Source of the DNA: Vermamoeba vermiformis
Lineage: Eukaryota
Assembly (NCBI GenBank): GCA_045837725.1
Contig: JBEWZL010000101.1
Span: 434,001 to 498,000 of the forward strand
Direction of reading: 5' to 3'
Length of the DNA: 64,000 nucleotides
Position 1 is the first letter of the stretch. Every line of letters starts with the position of its first letter. Position numbers and translations under genes: made by a program. Below are positions 50,646 to 64,000 of the stretch, piece by piece. A model generated the notes under the pieces. The model searched no databases. It was not told the DNA's origin and was given only the letters and a program-made list of their open reading frames with translations.

Positions 50646-51345
50646 AATAGCTCAATAATACAGAAAATTAATTAACGACATTTTTGTGAAGAGAGATTAA
50701 GGAACTGAATAAGATCCATTTTAACTATTTATATTTGTTTCCATGTGCCATTTATTACCAATATGCGATTTCAAGTAAACATTGTTTAAAACTAACATAA
50801 TATTTGCAACTTAAGACGGGTTCACATTCGACACATGCGAATTTGCGCAATTTAGCAGGATCCGATTTAATTTTTATTCGTTGTTCCAAATTTAGCAAGT
50901 TCAAGGAGCTCGTGTTTTCTGTTTGGCAGGTAATTGCGACTCACAACATCAAAGTATACGACGCACTATCACAGCACACCTTACTAAAGAACATTTTTAT
51001 TTGGCAGATCGGAGGTCCACAAACCGGCGACCGTTCCAGATTAACTCCGAGCCGAATAACCGACCAAATGAAAACATATTGATCATATATTGGTAAGAGA
51101 TTGTGAATATATTACTGTTAGACAGCTTTATTCTCTTGGATGTGGCGGTTACGTAATTTGCCTTACCGTCCTAAATTTCAATTTTATTTCCGAAGCAATT
51201 TAAATTAAAGATTGTTGGTGCACGTATACATTCAATATCAATATAATATTATTCTAATTTTAAATTTAATTTGGTGAAACAACCAACGGCCACATCTGAA
51301 ACATTTTCCCGCATTAATTTGCTTTTTAACAGAGCAAGTAGAAAA

Positions 51346-54300
51346 ATGGAAAATATGGATTTTTTATGTCCTATTGGCACGGTCCACGAAATTTTAAGCT
51401 TCGAAGAATGGTTAGATCTTCCGAAGGAATTGGTACAACTCTACAGCGCAAATAACACGAGGCGGCAAGCAATCAAATCCATCGTACCAGCAATTAGAAA
51501 CAATTATATGAAGTTGGATAGTGGTGCTGTGGCTTCATACCAGCGGGATCGGATTTCAGTTTTCGGTTCGATCTACGACGAGGCCGAAAAATTCATACTG
51601 CGGTTGGATGAAGTAGCAGTGCTTCGATTATATGGATATATATCGGAATTGAATATCTTACTCACAAACACTTCATTGGTTCATGCCCAAACAGTGATCA
51701 GATCCAGCGAGCTGCGAGAGTTTAGCTTGGTCAAATCAAACATTACAGACATCTATAATTTCTTAGCGATTCGAGGAAAAACGTTGGATTTGAGCGATTA
51801 CAATCTCAAAGAAGTCCCGCAAAACGTCTTTGAAGGAAAGATCTCCAAGTTTTTGGCCAACAACAACAGACTAGCAGATCTGGCCGCGGGATTTCTTTCA
51901 TTTGCGAAACTTCAGCGAATATCCCTGTCTCACAACAACTTCACGGAGATTCCGCAGATAATATTCAAATTAACGACATTAAAGAACATTTCGTTCGGCC
52001 ACAACAAAATCAAGACTTTGCCGAGTGAAGTGTCCAAACTGGTCGCCTTAAGACAGTTATATTTAGAAGGCAACGAGCTTGAAACAGTGCCAGAAGAACT
52101 CGCATCGTTGCCAGAGCTCATCATATTGAACGTCAGCGAAAACAAAATCACTTCGAATGCGTGGCCTCAGCTCATTAAAGTGTCCAATCTTCACCGACTA
52201 GTCATGGGCGGCAATGATGTGGATACAATACCCGACAATATCACTGTATTCACGGGACTAAGAGTTCTCAATTTGGCCGACAACAAGATTAAGTCGATCC
52301 CGACATCGATGGCTCAAATGACCTCATTGCGAAGGCTGCACATGAACGGCAACGAACTAGGTACGAAGTTTTAAAAGTGAAACAAATATCTACAGTATTA
52401 TTAATGCTTTTACTTGAAGAAACGATCCCTCAAGAGCTCGCTGCATTGCGAAAGTTGCTCGTGTTAGAGTTGAACGACAATAAGATCGCTAAAGTGCCCC
52501 CGCAGTTTTGGGCGTCGTTATCGAAGCACACAAAAGTTTCTCTCGAAAACAACAATATGGCCAATAATCACTCCGTCAAGCCAAAGACTTCGCCAGGTAA
52601 CGAAATAAATGTTGATTTTTTGGTATGTAGTGCTAACCATTCAAGTAGGAAGCAAGCCCGTGATCACCAAGTTGAATTTACCGATGGACGACCAATCGGA
52701 CATGGGCGAGTCTGCGTGGGAAAGAACGATGCGAAAGGCATCTATTAGTGAAGCTAGACCGGCCTTCCTAACGCAAATGACTATCAGTATCAGTCCTCGT
52801 TCTACTAGTCCTCGCAACTTGAGTCCAAGGCATTTAAGTCCGCATCGATCAAGTCCTCGCAGCAGCTCTCTCGAAGTGAACTTTAAGACCGAGAAAGAGA
52901 AAGATGGCAAAGATAAAGAGAAGGATAAGAAGGACAAGAAAAAGGAGAAGGAGAAAGAGAAGGACAAAGATAAAGACAAGGAGAAGGATAAGGACAAAGA
53001 TAAAGATAAGGACAAGGACAAAAAGAAGTCGAAGATCAAAGGCCTAAGAGAGCAACGAGGGTACGTTTGTGCATGAAAAAAACTTATGGATTGTTAACTG
53101 ACTTTTAACCACCGTAGAATGTTGAAATCAAAGAGTTTAGAGATATCTCCCGGCGAAGAAAAGCACAAATCAAAGGCCCAAGATTTAGAAGATGAAAAGA
53201 AGAAGCTGAAAGAGTTCGAGAAGGCGATGAACAAGTCAAAAATTTCACGCAAAGACTCCGATAGCGATAGCATGAGCTCGCCCAAGTCAGAGTTTATTCG
53301 CACGAATTCTAGTGCGCCGAATAACTCAGATCAGCCTGGTTCACCGAAAACACGTGCATCAAAGCGAATGTCCGTGATCGATTTGAAAGCATTGAAAAAA
53401 GCTGAGCGAGACAAATTGTCGATCAGCATGCCAGCGGACGATTCAAAAGTTCAAACGCAAAAACAACCCGCGACCAGTACGCCTGAGATACATGTTACAG
53501 ACAATACTGACCATTGTGTAGCGCTTCGAAAACGAAGTACTTCGGCCAATACTGCATTGCCCGTGCCCGCATTTTCCGTACGTAATATTCTCGGTCAATT
53601 TTTTTATCAAATTTATTTATCATCTAATGTCCTTTTAAGACTATCCGAAGGGCTCCTAGTTTGAGTTTGTCTATGGAGCCTATTGGCGAGGCTTCTCGTC
53701 CTGACGTTGGTATCACTAGTCCTACGGGAGATAAGCCTCGAAGTCCTTCACGTACGTACAATAATATGGTAACAATATTATAGTAGTTAATTCTCTTTGA
53801 CAGACCCTGCAAGACTCAGCCGCACAGAGTCGGCTGTCAGACTGCGAACACGAGAAGAATTCAAAGAGTTGTTGAAAGAATCGAGTTCTGATCTGAAACA
53901 GGCCGTATTGCCGACTAGTCCCAAGAAACATAGGCGACGAGTAAGTCATCGATATTATTTGCGTGTTTCATAAAATCTAACGCCTTTTAAGTCTGTTTCT
54001 TTGCAAACGTTGGCCGCGGCGGAAAAAACATTTTTGGACAATTTGCCTGAGAGTTCTACGGATTACGTTCTTGACAGATCGATCGAAAAGACTTACCTTA
54101 GTGCTTGCTCTATTGACAGGTTGATCGAATTTGTGACCTACGAACGCGGTAGAGGTAATGCATAAAATATTATTCGTAAATTTTTATTAATTTAAAATTT
54201 TATTTAGATAAATCGCTCATCAGCAATTTCTTGGTGACATTCCCGTACTTTTTATCCGGCAAAGATCTTTTGCTCAAACTTAAGAAACGGTACGAAGACA

Positions 54301-55693
54301 GTTTTGCAATGGTGTTCTTGCCGTCACCAAAAGAAGGCATTGAAACTGTGCCCACTGACGAGTCAAACGCAAAGTACGCTAGTGCATTGCATGATAGGTA
54401 TGTGTTTATATTTCAATGAAATTTCATGATTGTTAATGAGCCGTTCCTAGTTTGTTCGATTTACTGAAGCAAGTGTTCAATGTGCACCCGCCACTTGTCG
54501 AAGATGAAGGTGTCCGTGAAGTGCTCAACGAGTTCTCACAGTCCATTGTTTCGCACTCTAAAGACGAGGCCTCTGCAGCCCCACTAACACTTTTGATCAA
54601 ATCAATTGTAAGCCGGAGAAAAATTTAACTGAAAACCATGGTACGGATCTAACTTTTCGTTTGCAGTTGGAAGGATCACGCTCCAAATATAGAAGTGCTA
54701 TATCTAGCCAATTGAAAGATGAAGAACTCGAAGGCGCGCCTGAGCCTATCATCCCTGCAAATATCGATATTGATAATTTGGATATTCTCGACATCGCGCC
54801 CGAAGAAATCGCTCGTCAAATGACTTTATTGGACTTTGATTTATTTGCACGAATTGAAATGCGAGAGTGGTTCGATGCGCCTAAGAACAACCCTTCACTA
54901 TCTCCTAATATCAATGCCTTCATTAAGAGATTTAACGACGTGAGTTGAAATTTTGATTTCATGTTCACCGACCACTTACTGACATATTTTCCTTATTCAG
55001 ATGAGTCGATGGGTCTCAACGATGATCGTCTTAACTGAGGCTCAGGACCTTCGAACACTTTTAATCAACAATTTCATCATTATTGCATTGGTAAGTTTTG
55101 GAGCGAAGTATCAACTTGCGGATCTAACATCATAAATTTTCACAGAAATGTTGGGAATTGAATAACTTTAGCGGAGTTATGGAGATCATTTCGGGACTTG
55201 AAGCAGCGGCTATTCAACGGTTGACAAGCACCTGGAGCGTAAGAATCATCCTTTTATAAGATTATATAATTAAAACTAACGATACGTTGTTTAGAGCGTG
55301 CCTCAAAAGACCGTGAGAAAATTTGAGCAGCTCAAAGATCTCATGTCAATCACGGGAAATTTCCGACGAGTACGTGAGATGTTACTAAGCACCACGCCAC
55401 CATGTGCGCCGTATATCGGAGTGTATTTGCAAGACATGGTGTTCGTTGAAGATGGCAATCAGACGTGGACTGACGAAGGATTGCTCAACTTTGACAAGAT
55501 CTCGATCTTCGGAAAAATTTTGAACCAGATCCGCACGTTCCAGCAAACGCCTTATAGACTCTTCCCTATTCCATTTTTGCAAGACTTTTTGAGCAACAAA
55601 TTGATCATGTTGGATGATCGTACTTTAGAAGAGGAAAGTTTCAAGCGAGAATTAAGGGCGATGCCTTCACCAAAACAAACCAAATCAAAATAA
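51346..55693 (+). CDS. LRR-containing Ras guanine-nucleotide exchange factor (REM + CDC25)
   Basis: LRR array 51780-52560; FLVTFPYF (REM); APEEIARQMTLLDF, LNNFSGVMEIISGL, PPCAPYIGVYLQDMVFVEDGN, LLNFDK. Confidence 0.93.
52885..53035 (+). repeat. Coding low-complexity KDKE/KDKD repeat
   Basis: AAGGA(C/T/G)/AAAGA(C/T/G) hexamer repeats within the RasGEF gene. Confidence 0.9.
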
Positions 55694-55839
55694 CAATAAC
55701 ACAACAAAAAAAATAATATAATTGTACTATAATATGTGTATAAAAATACGAAATAAAAGCAGTAATATAAAACTTCAGTTCGTTTACTAATTACAATAAT
55801 AAATTAATACAATAGGGTTTCTATACGAAGAAAAATAGC

Positions 55840-56776
55840 TTATTTAGCGGTCACCATAGGAAATTGGTGGTTATATTCATCATTATCGACTTGTTGTAAC
55901 ATAAAGTACGCCAGATCTTCTCGCGAAAGTGAATTGAACGGACCCATCGATAAGAACTTATCTAAATAATCATTCATTAGTATTATTGCAATATAAAGAA
56001 TGTAATTGATATTTACCTGATTTAATCTTGCGAGTTAATGAGCCTTTGGTGAGACGAGGAGGTCGTACAACAACCCACTTGAAATCCGTTTCTTTCGCAA
56101 TCGTTGTTGGTACGTTTGAAAAGTCTTTCATCATATCTTTAGCGATCATATTCATAATACCTAAAAATACAAAAATTAGGTTTGGATTTGGATTATCGGC
56201 GGATCTGATCACTTTGCATGTGCTTTCTAACCGTTTAAATTTTGCTTTTGTTACGTACCTCCCATAAATTTTTGTCCGAATGATTTTTTGTCGGTCTCTA
56301 CGTGCATGGCAGCGCCCGCCAAATAAATTAATTGTTTGACGTTGTGAGCTTTAATGCCAGCAATGACGTTATTAAGCGTCGATGTCATTAAATCTTTGGG
56401 AGAACCCTTCACATGGCCTACTACTACAAATACATGCGTAATATTCTCGAGTGCTTTCATCACTGCCTCTGGATCCGTTGACGATCCTGAAAATATTTTT
56501 AGAAAAGTCTGAAATCGACTTATTAACGTGCTATAATGTACCTTGAATAATTGTGACCTTGTCTCTTAGTTCTTCGGGCAATTTTTCGGGACTGCGGACG
56601 AGTACTGAAACGTGATGGCCAGATTCCAGTGCCTGTCGAACGAGAGGCAGTCCTGATAAACCAGTAGCGCCAATAATTAAGAATCTCGTTTCCTTAGTCT
56701 TCTCTGCGCTTGGGACTGTTTCCTTAACCTCGCTTTCGAGGTTCACATTCGAATTATTGTTATTTGTTTCTGCCAT
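55840..56776 (-). CDS. NAD(P)H-binding flavin reductase / BLVRB-like atypical SDR
   Basis: IIGATGLSG..ALESGHHVSVLVRSPEKL, WVVVRPPRL, LSREDLAYFML. Confidence 0.88.
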
Positions 56777-57104
56777 CTACGAAAGACAATTAGGACTGCG
56801 TTAAAATACGAGAAAAATACCGAAAATATTTATAAATATTAATATTGTATTGCTTTTGACCACGGAAACTTGAGCCCCTTTGGATTCCGATGAGATGGGA
56901 TCCTACTTACTTTATCGTCGCCTGTGTAATAAGACTTTATTGGTTCTAATATGGTACTATTGTTAAAACTTTAGCGAATCTTTGTTTCCCATTTGCTAAA
57001 CGTTTTAATCAGCTCGCGTAACAACTTTAATACGTTGTCATCACGTGTTCGAACCTTCCTGCTATGTTCCATCCATAATTAGAAGAATCTATTTGCAAGA
57101 CATC

Positions 57105-58442
57105 ATGGCTTATGCTAATAAACGCGTCATTGTTACCGGAGCCAGTTCTGGTAAGTCATTCGGGCATAGGCATTAATTTGACGCTCCCATCTGGTAAAAA
57201 ATTGTTTCAGAAATTACCAAAAATTGTAGCACCGATAAATTTGATAAAATTTGTACATTTGAATTATCGTGACGCTATTAGAATCAGTTTACGATTTTTT
57301 CCAACTACTCCAGATCTAATTCACTGAAAATTGCTATCAGGGATCGGCCGTGCTATTGCAACACGGTTTCTTAAAGAAGAAGCAAGGGTAGTATTAGTAG
57401 CACGAGATTCGGTCCGATTAAAAGAAGTAGCAGATATCAATCCTAAGAATGGTGAGTCTGAGACTAAACTTTGCAAAAAGCCAAATCCACCTTACTTTAG
57501 TTCGGATAATCATTATTTGGAGATCGATAGTTATATATAATAATACTTAATTATACTAATGGCCAAATTATCGATTAGCTTTGTGTCTGTCGCTAGATCT
57601 ATCTACACCCGAAGCTTGTGAACAATGTATAGAAAAATCAGTGTCATATTTAGGCGGAATAGACACATTAGTGAATAGCGCAGGCATTGCATTCTTAATG
57701 CAAACAGTGGCTAATATACAGCTAAGCGACTTGAACCACATCATGTTCGTCAATTTTCAAGCCCCGTTGTTGCTAATGCAAAAATCATTTCCTCATTTGA
57801 AAAAGTCACAAGGATCAGTTGTAAATATTTCTAGCATATGCAAGTATTCATTTGATTTAGTACAATGACGTCACACGAAATTTCACGAACATTTTTTCAC
57901 CGCAAATTTTGACAACTTTCTCCATGCTTAATTCTATCATTATTTCGTTATTATAATATAATGCTATGTATAATATACTATATGATTCGTGTTTATAGAT
58001 TTGGTAGTATTGTAACGGATTTTTTGTACAGCTGCAAAGCACGTGTTTCCAGGACTTGCCGGCTATTGTCTGAGCAAGGCAGCGCTCGATCAACTGACAA
58101 AATTGGCAGCGCTCGAGTGGGCGTCATGTCACGTGCGCGTTAATTCAGTGAATCCCGGCACCGTGAAGACCAACATTCATTTGAACTCGGGCATGTCGCA
58201 AGAATATTACGACGAAGAAGTTGAAAGTTTAGCGAATGCTTATCCTATAGGTACATAATAATAACATTAGTATATGCATATGACTATAGTATTGATATTT
58301 TGGGTGACTAGGACGAGTTGGACAGCCTGAGGATATCGTGGATCTGGTGTTGTTTTTGTCAGACAATAGCAAGTCCGGTTGGATGACTGGTCAAACTATT
58401 GTCATGGATGGAGGTCGTACATTGACCGTGCCGTCAAAATAA
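57105..58442 (+). CDS. Classical short-chain dehydrogenase/reductase
   Basis: VTGASSGIG, LVNSAGI, VVNISS, YCLSK, VRVNSVNPG, MTGQTIVMDGG. Confidence 0.93.
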
Positions 58443-58746
58443 AGGTCAATAGGTACTTTAAAGTACAACCGCAGATCCAATCCGATCGATTTTGCAAATT
58501 GACTTTTGTTATGAGCCTTTAGTTCTTAGCATTTGAATTCATGATTAGTAATTATACGTAATGTAGGATACGGTACTGTTTTGACTTTTTTTGACCGTGC
58601 TTTTTTTTTGTACATTTCGCGTTCATTTTCTTTTTTTTTGAACGGCTGTGAAGGAGACCAGTAACTCAGTCAAAATTAATTATTGATTATTATTTGACTG
58701 TAGATATATTGGATCTTAACTACAAAGTCAAAAAGAGTTTCAGCAG

Positions 58747-60386
58747 ATGGAGCAAAACGAAGAAGGAACCGATCAGCGAACCTGGCGATTTTATTTATCG
58801 CCCAAATGGTGCTTTATGGGCTTGATGGTGTATTTTGTTATGGCTTTATTTGGATGGGCTTATTATGTATTTGTATTTCTTAACTGGGGACCTAAAGTCA
58901 GCGAAACGCCTGGATCAGCTATTCCAATCCTGATTTTATTCCACATATTTTTAATTCTCACGGTGCTCAGCTATATTAGAACAGTATTTACTGATCCTGG
59001 AAGGTAATCATAATTATTTTCTGTAATTAGACAATTTTATTTCAATTTTTCGGATTTATGAAAAAACGATCGGAGTTTATTCTTTTGCTCAATTATTAAT
59101 TTCCTTATTTTTACAGCGTGCCTCATGGATTGGTAAGCTAGGATTTCGACGAATAAATAACATCCGTATTATTTTTTTAATAATTTTTTTCAGCCTGAAA
59201 GTCCGGATGCGGAACAGCGACATTGCACGAAATGTCAAAAGAATAAGCCTGAGAGATCTCATCATTGTGCGTACTACCAATATTACTAATACGAATAATA
59301 TGCTAACCGAATGTAATTTCAGGCAGTATTTGCAAACGATGTGTCTTAAAGATGGATCACCACTGTAAGTCAATTTAAACGCAATATAATACTTAAATAT
59401 GATGCTATTATACTATTATAATAATATAAACATATTATGGACCGTTTAAATCAGTTTTCAAATACAATTTGGATTCGGATGTAGTGAGATCTGCATAAGC
59501 GCTATTTTAATCATTAATTTTCGTTAATTACTAATATTTAAATATAATATAGGTCCTTGGGTGAATAATTGTGTCGGTTGGAGAAACTACAAGTTTTTCA
59601 TGTTGTTTTTGTTCTGGACGACCGTGCTCTGTTTATTCATCGTATTTTCAAGCATTCCTATTTGGATGAATATAACATTTAAGGTACGTCATATTAATAA
59701 TATCCTTATTAATTACTACACGAATGTTCCAGCTTTGTCGACAAAAAACTTTGTCACCAATTTTTTTGCTTTTATTTTCGAGTTAGGCTTAATTGGATTA
59801 AAATTGCAGTATTTTAGTATATTATTATTATAGTAGACTATAATAATGACACATGAGGAAAATTAAGATGAACGAATATGTCCTCCAGATCCGATTTTGT
59901 ACTGAATATTAATCGTTATTTTTCTTAGAATTTGGACACGCTCGATTTGCAGCGCGTTATTATTGGATTTATTGCTGTCGCATTTGGTCTCGGATTATTG
60001 TGCTTCTGTTACTCGCACATACATTTAACTCTCGGAAATATGACTACGATTGAATATTACGAGAAGGCTAGAATGCCCGTAAGTATCATAATATAAGAAC
60101 CTTAAAGTCCAAATTTAAAAAATTCATGATTTTATTTATTTTTTCGGTTGGATCGCGATCGTTAACTTCGTCAGTTTGTTTGATAATTTATTGATATAAT
60201 TAATAGGGATGGCGTAACTCATACGACGTTGGTCAACGAAGAAATTTCCAACAAGTTTTCGGCTACAATCCGTGGCTGTGGTTGATACCTGTACGCACCA
60301 GTGTGGGCAATGGCTTGGTGTACCCGCGCAACGATAAAACTGGTGGCACTGACGTCGAGAACCCTTCGGAGCCTTTGTTGCATTAA
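58747..60386 (+). CDS. DHHC palmitoyltransferase
   Basis: TDPG, C..C..KPERSHHC..C.RCVLKMDHHCPWVNNCVG.RNYKFF, NMTTIE; includes a 16-nt microexon at ~59117-59132. Confidence 0.96.
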
Positions 60387-60607
60387 ACATGATCGATTGT
60401 ATTGATATGATACTGTTGAAATGTAAACGTGCACATTGGATCAGCCGATCCAAACATTTTTTGTAAATAAAGTAACAATAATATTTAGTTTCCGGTTATC
60501 TATAGATAGGCCTAAACTATATTTATATGCAAATACGAAATGAAATAATAACTAATGAAGAAAAAAGGAGGTACCGGTGCAATAAAAACACATCTACCAC
60601 AAAGAAT

Positions 60608-62344
60608 CTACTTTTTATTCTTCGTGGCATAAGGAAACACTTTAGCGCTTACAGGAGAAAAGTACAAAGCTAATATAATTATTAAAACGACTGCCGCGGC
60701 ACATCCGACCACAATTCCAATAATAGCGCCAGTCGTCAACGGATCTTGTACTACATTCGAGTTGCAATCACCTTGAGACTTTGTGACCAATAGCGTCAAT
60801 TGACCAGGCGATTTAATCGGTTCTCCGTTGAAATCCAAACACGCATCATCTACTCCTTCAAATAGGACCTCGGTTAAGTCAAAGGATCCGTTCGTACATT
60901 GCGTTAATAGCACAAGAATATTAAGCGTATCATTCTGCAGTAGCGCGTTGTATTGATTTTGACTGAGAATGTACTGGAGTTTTCCCGCCAATTCGGCGCA
61001 ATTAGTGACTTCAATCACCGCTTCATTCGTCACTACCAAAACTGAGGTATTTGTCAACGATAACGTCGTCACTGTTGTGGAGCTATTGAACGAGATGACT
61101 TCAGTGCTAGGATTGTTAGCGATAGGTGGTGTGATTTGGATGTTGTCGCCAACTCTAACAATGAGAGATTTCAACGAAATTCCGTTCCACTGCGTCATCA
61201 CAAAGCTGGAATTGTCCAACTGATCCATGGACATTACGTATTGTGTAGGATCGATAATTGTGTCAAATTGCGGCAATGTCTGGTTAACTATGAGCGTGCC
61301 TCTGAAGAACCCATATAAATAATTGCCAGTCAGAGAGGCTTGAAGTGAAAATAGAGCGCCATGCCAATAAGGATATCCATCGGATCTGAACTGAATATTT
61401 TTGACGATGTAACTATCGTAAAAATAGAAAACCACTGGAGCCAGATCAAACTCTTTGTTGTAGTAAATTGCGTATTGACCAGCACCAATTTCAAATGTGA
61501 TATAATAAGAAGGAGGATACCAAAATATTTCCAAGCTGGTTGGATTGACTGTAACTCCCAATGTTTCTTGAAAAGTGTACAGTAGATCCGGTGTTATTGC
61601 GTTTGCAGAAATTACATCGTTGTCCAAAGTCACAGTGACATCAGTAAGTTGTTCCGCCAGCACATTTGCAGCCAAAAATTGTGTCGTATATTTCGGTAAT
61701 AAAGCTTGGAGTGTAACCAGAGTCGCATTTGAATCGGAATAATAGCTGTATGGTGAGCCACCTGACACCGAAGGTTGGGCCGAAACAAAGAAGACTCTTT
61801 GGTTCCCAAAATAAACTGCTTTGAGATTTGTAACGACGTCGTTGTTAGTCGGATATTGAATGTCAGTAGCACCATTTTCTTCAAATATCATTAAAGTTAA
61901 AGCTGATAGGGCAGTATCAGAGAGGACTCGTATAGAATTGATATCGCATTCAATTTCTGTCCAATTGTAAGAAAGATTAAAAGTGTACAAGATCTGATCG
62001 AGTTCGTCAAAACGGTTAATTGTACCCGCAGCAAAAAAATGGTGATATGTATGTATTAATCCATCTGCTAATGATATAGTAGCGCAAGAATATATTCGGC
62101 TTCCAGTAACGCTGATCTGAGATGTGACTAGCGGGTCAAAAGTTAAAGTACCTACAATTTTGTAAACGGTCAGTTAATGAAAAAATATGATAATTAACAG
62201 AATTATTGGGGGTAATTATTATTTTTTCTGTCCATAAATAACGGTACAGCAGAATTCTGATTATTTTCGTTTGTACTTACCTTCGCTAGCATCGCTCAAA
62301 TACAGCAAGGAGCACCAAAAAATTAACCATTTAAACCATGCCAT
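60608..62344 (-). CDS. Type I single-pass membrane protein, unknown function
   Basis: Signal-like MAWFKWLIFWCSLL, beta-rich ectodomain, TM GAIIGIVVGCAAAVVLIIILALYF. Confidence 0.8.
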
Positions 62345-62569
62345 GGATTGTAGTCGGTTGCAGTTGTGGTGCTATTCGTTTAGAAAAATTAATTTTTATT
62401 GTACTGGAATACTTGCCGTGAAAACGGACTTACCTTCATTGATATCAAATCCGATATTTAATTATAGGTAGCTTATTTGCATACCCTTTCGTGTAAATAT
62501 TTTATTCTATTCAAAAAATAACAAATTCTGGATCAGATCAACTCTCGAGTTCAAGGTTGAATTTGAATC

Positions 62570-64000
62570 TTAGTTCAATTTGGCTTGTAAAGCAGCTTCT
62601 GAGTTGCCCTTGGCGAGTGCGGCCTTAACTTCAGAAGCAGTAGGCATTTTACCAACATTCATCAATTCGGCGGCTTGAGCGCAGACAGGATCTCTGTTCA
62701 TAGAGCAAACAGCGTACTGAAAAATAGTTACATTAGTACATATACATACAAATACTCAATATATATTGGTATTTTCGATTAAGCCACTCAAAACGGTTTG
62801 CTTTTCCGATCGGACGGATGTGACAAGGAAAATTCGTTACTTACGATTCTCTCGCCCTTAGCATAGTAAGCAACAAAGTTAAGAGTATCAGGCTCGAAAC
62901 CATTCTCAGGCTTGTCGATAATAACGTCGTCGTATTCGAGAGCATAACCCGCGTAACGGATGCTCTTGCCGAAGATGGTAGTCCAGAAGAAAGGAACGCT
63001 GCGAGCAGGAGTGGTCTTACCAACCATATTCCTATTTAAATATATCATTAACATTGCAATCTTCAAAGAACCAAAGTTTGTTTAACGAATCCGATCAGAT
63101 TTCGAAGCAAGATCTTGCTGTAAGATTACTTACAAACCAGCGACCATGCCGTGGTACTGAGCCATGCCCCAGTGTTCAATGCGAACTTCTTTGCCGTCGA
63201 GACCGAAGAAAGGGAATGTGGCCATATCACCAGCAGCCCAGATGCCGTCACCAGCCTTCATGTTCTAGTTGCAAATATAACCATTAGGTCATATATTAAT
63301 ACATGAGACTATTAGCATAATCATCGAATGCTAGCAAAAGTTTAAAGTTTAGCGTAGCGGATCTGATCTTCGAATTTTCGAGTACTTACGACGTCGCACA
63401 TAACAGATTTGTCACGAGGGTTGAACTTGACACCGCTCTTAATGTAACCAGTGCTGGGGATGATACCAGCGCCGAGCACAACAACGTCAGCGGGGATCTG
63501 GTCACCATTGTTCAAGATGACTTCGCAGACAAGGTTGTTCTTAACGATGAATTCCTTAGCAACGGCCTCCATCTTGAATTGAATACCGTTCTTCTCGTGG
63601 AACTGATAGTATAATATGATTAGTATGCATGAACTACTAAGTCTTGCTAAACGTCAAAAAGATCCGGTTGCACTTCGATGGATCCAGCTTGAGGCACCAT
63701 ATAAGCTTGCTATTAATTATTATTATATACCTTGCGCAAAGCAGCACCAACTTGGACACCCAAGACACGTTCGAAGGGAGTCTTTTCCATACCGAGCACA
63801 GTGACGCTCTTGCATTGCTTGACGATGCACGAAGCAGTTTCCATGCCAATGAAGCTGCTGCCAACGATAACGACGTGCTTGCCGTTAGTAGCGTCGAGCA
63901 CCTTGTTGGCGTCTTCAGCATCACGGAGCACGAAAATGTTCAAGGCGTCGCTGCCGGGGACAGGGAGAGTACGAGCACTATAGGAATATATTAACAAAAA
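62570..64000 (-). CDS. AIFM3-like FAD/NAD-dependent (ferredoxin-type) reductase, 5' part outside window
   Basis: VVIVGSSFIGME, ADVVVLGAGIIP, WAAGDMA, RIEHWGMAQYHG, VPFFWTTIFGKSIRYAG. Confidence 0.9.

Noticed and set aside
52641-53039. Antisense ORF rich in SLSLSF, and similar GA-rich antisense ORFs at 42503-42796
   Set aside because: Shadows of low-complexity coding repeats on the opposite strand

Overview
Gene-dense, AT-rich eukaryotic (protist-like, possibly amoebozoan) genomic DNA with standard genetic code and many short spliceosomal introns; about 27 genes were reconstructed by splicing exons by eye. Housekeeping genes: DLD (partial), TatD, MFSD5, MCM10, pyruvate kinase, LRR-RasGEF, two reductases, a DHHC palmitoyltransferase and an AIFM3-like reductase (partial). 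They are interleaved with fast-evolving accessory content: four F-box/LRR genes, an ankyrin-F-box-propeller gene, a ~3.3 kb inverted duplication of a double-BTB gene with hypervariable non-BTB segments, and five tandem GPI-anchored cupredoxins. The most unusual stretch is 25.5-34.3 kb. It holds a pseudo-lipase/membrane/J-domain/SAM/UBA fusion, a DXO/Rai1-like gene, and an intact gene for a protein with a mitochondrial-type presequence, SAM domain, P-loop NTPase and PD-(D/E)xK nuclease (Crinkler-like). The NTPase-nuclease module of that gene is sharply CpG-depleted, and one of its introns carries a MITE. All domain calls come from motif recognition only; no searches were run.
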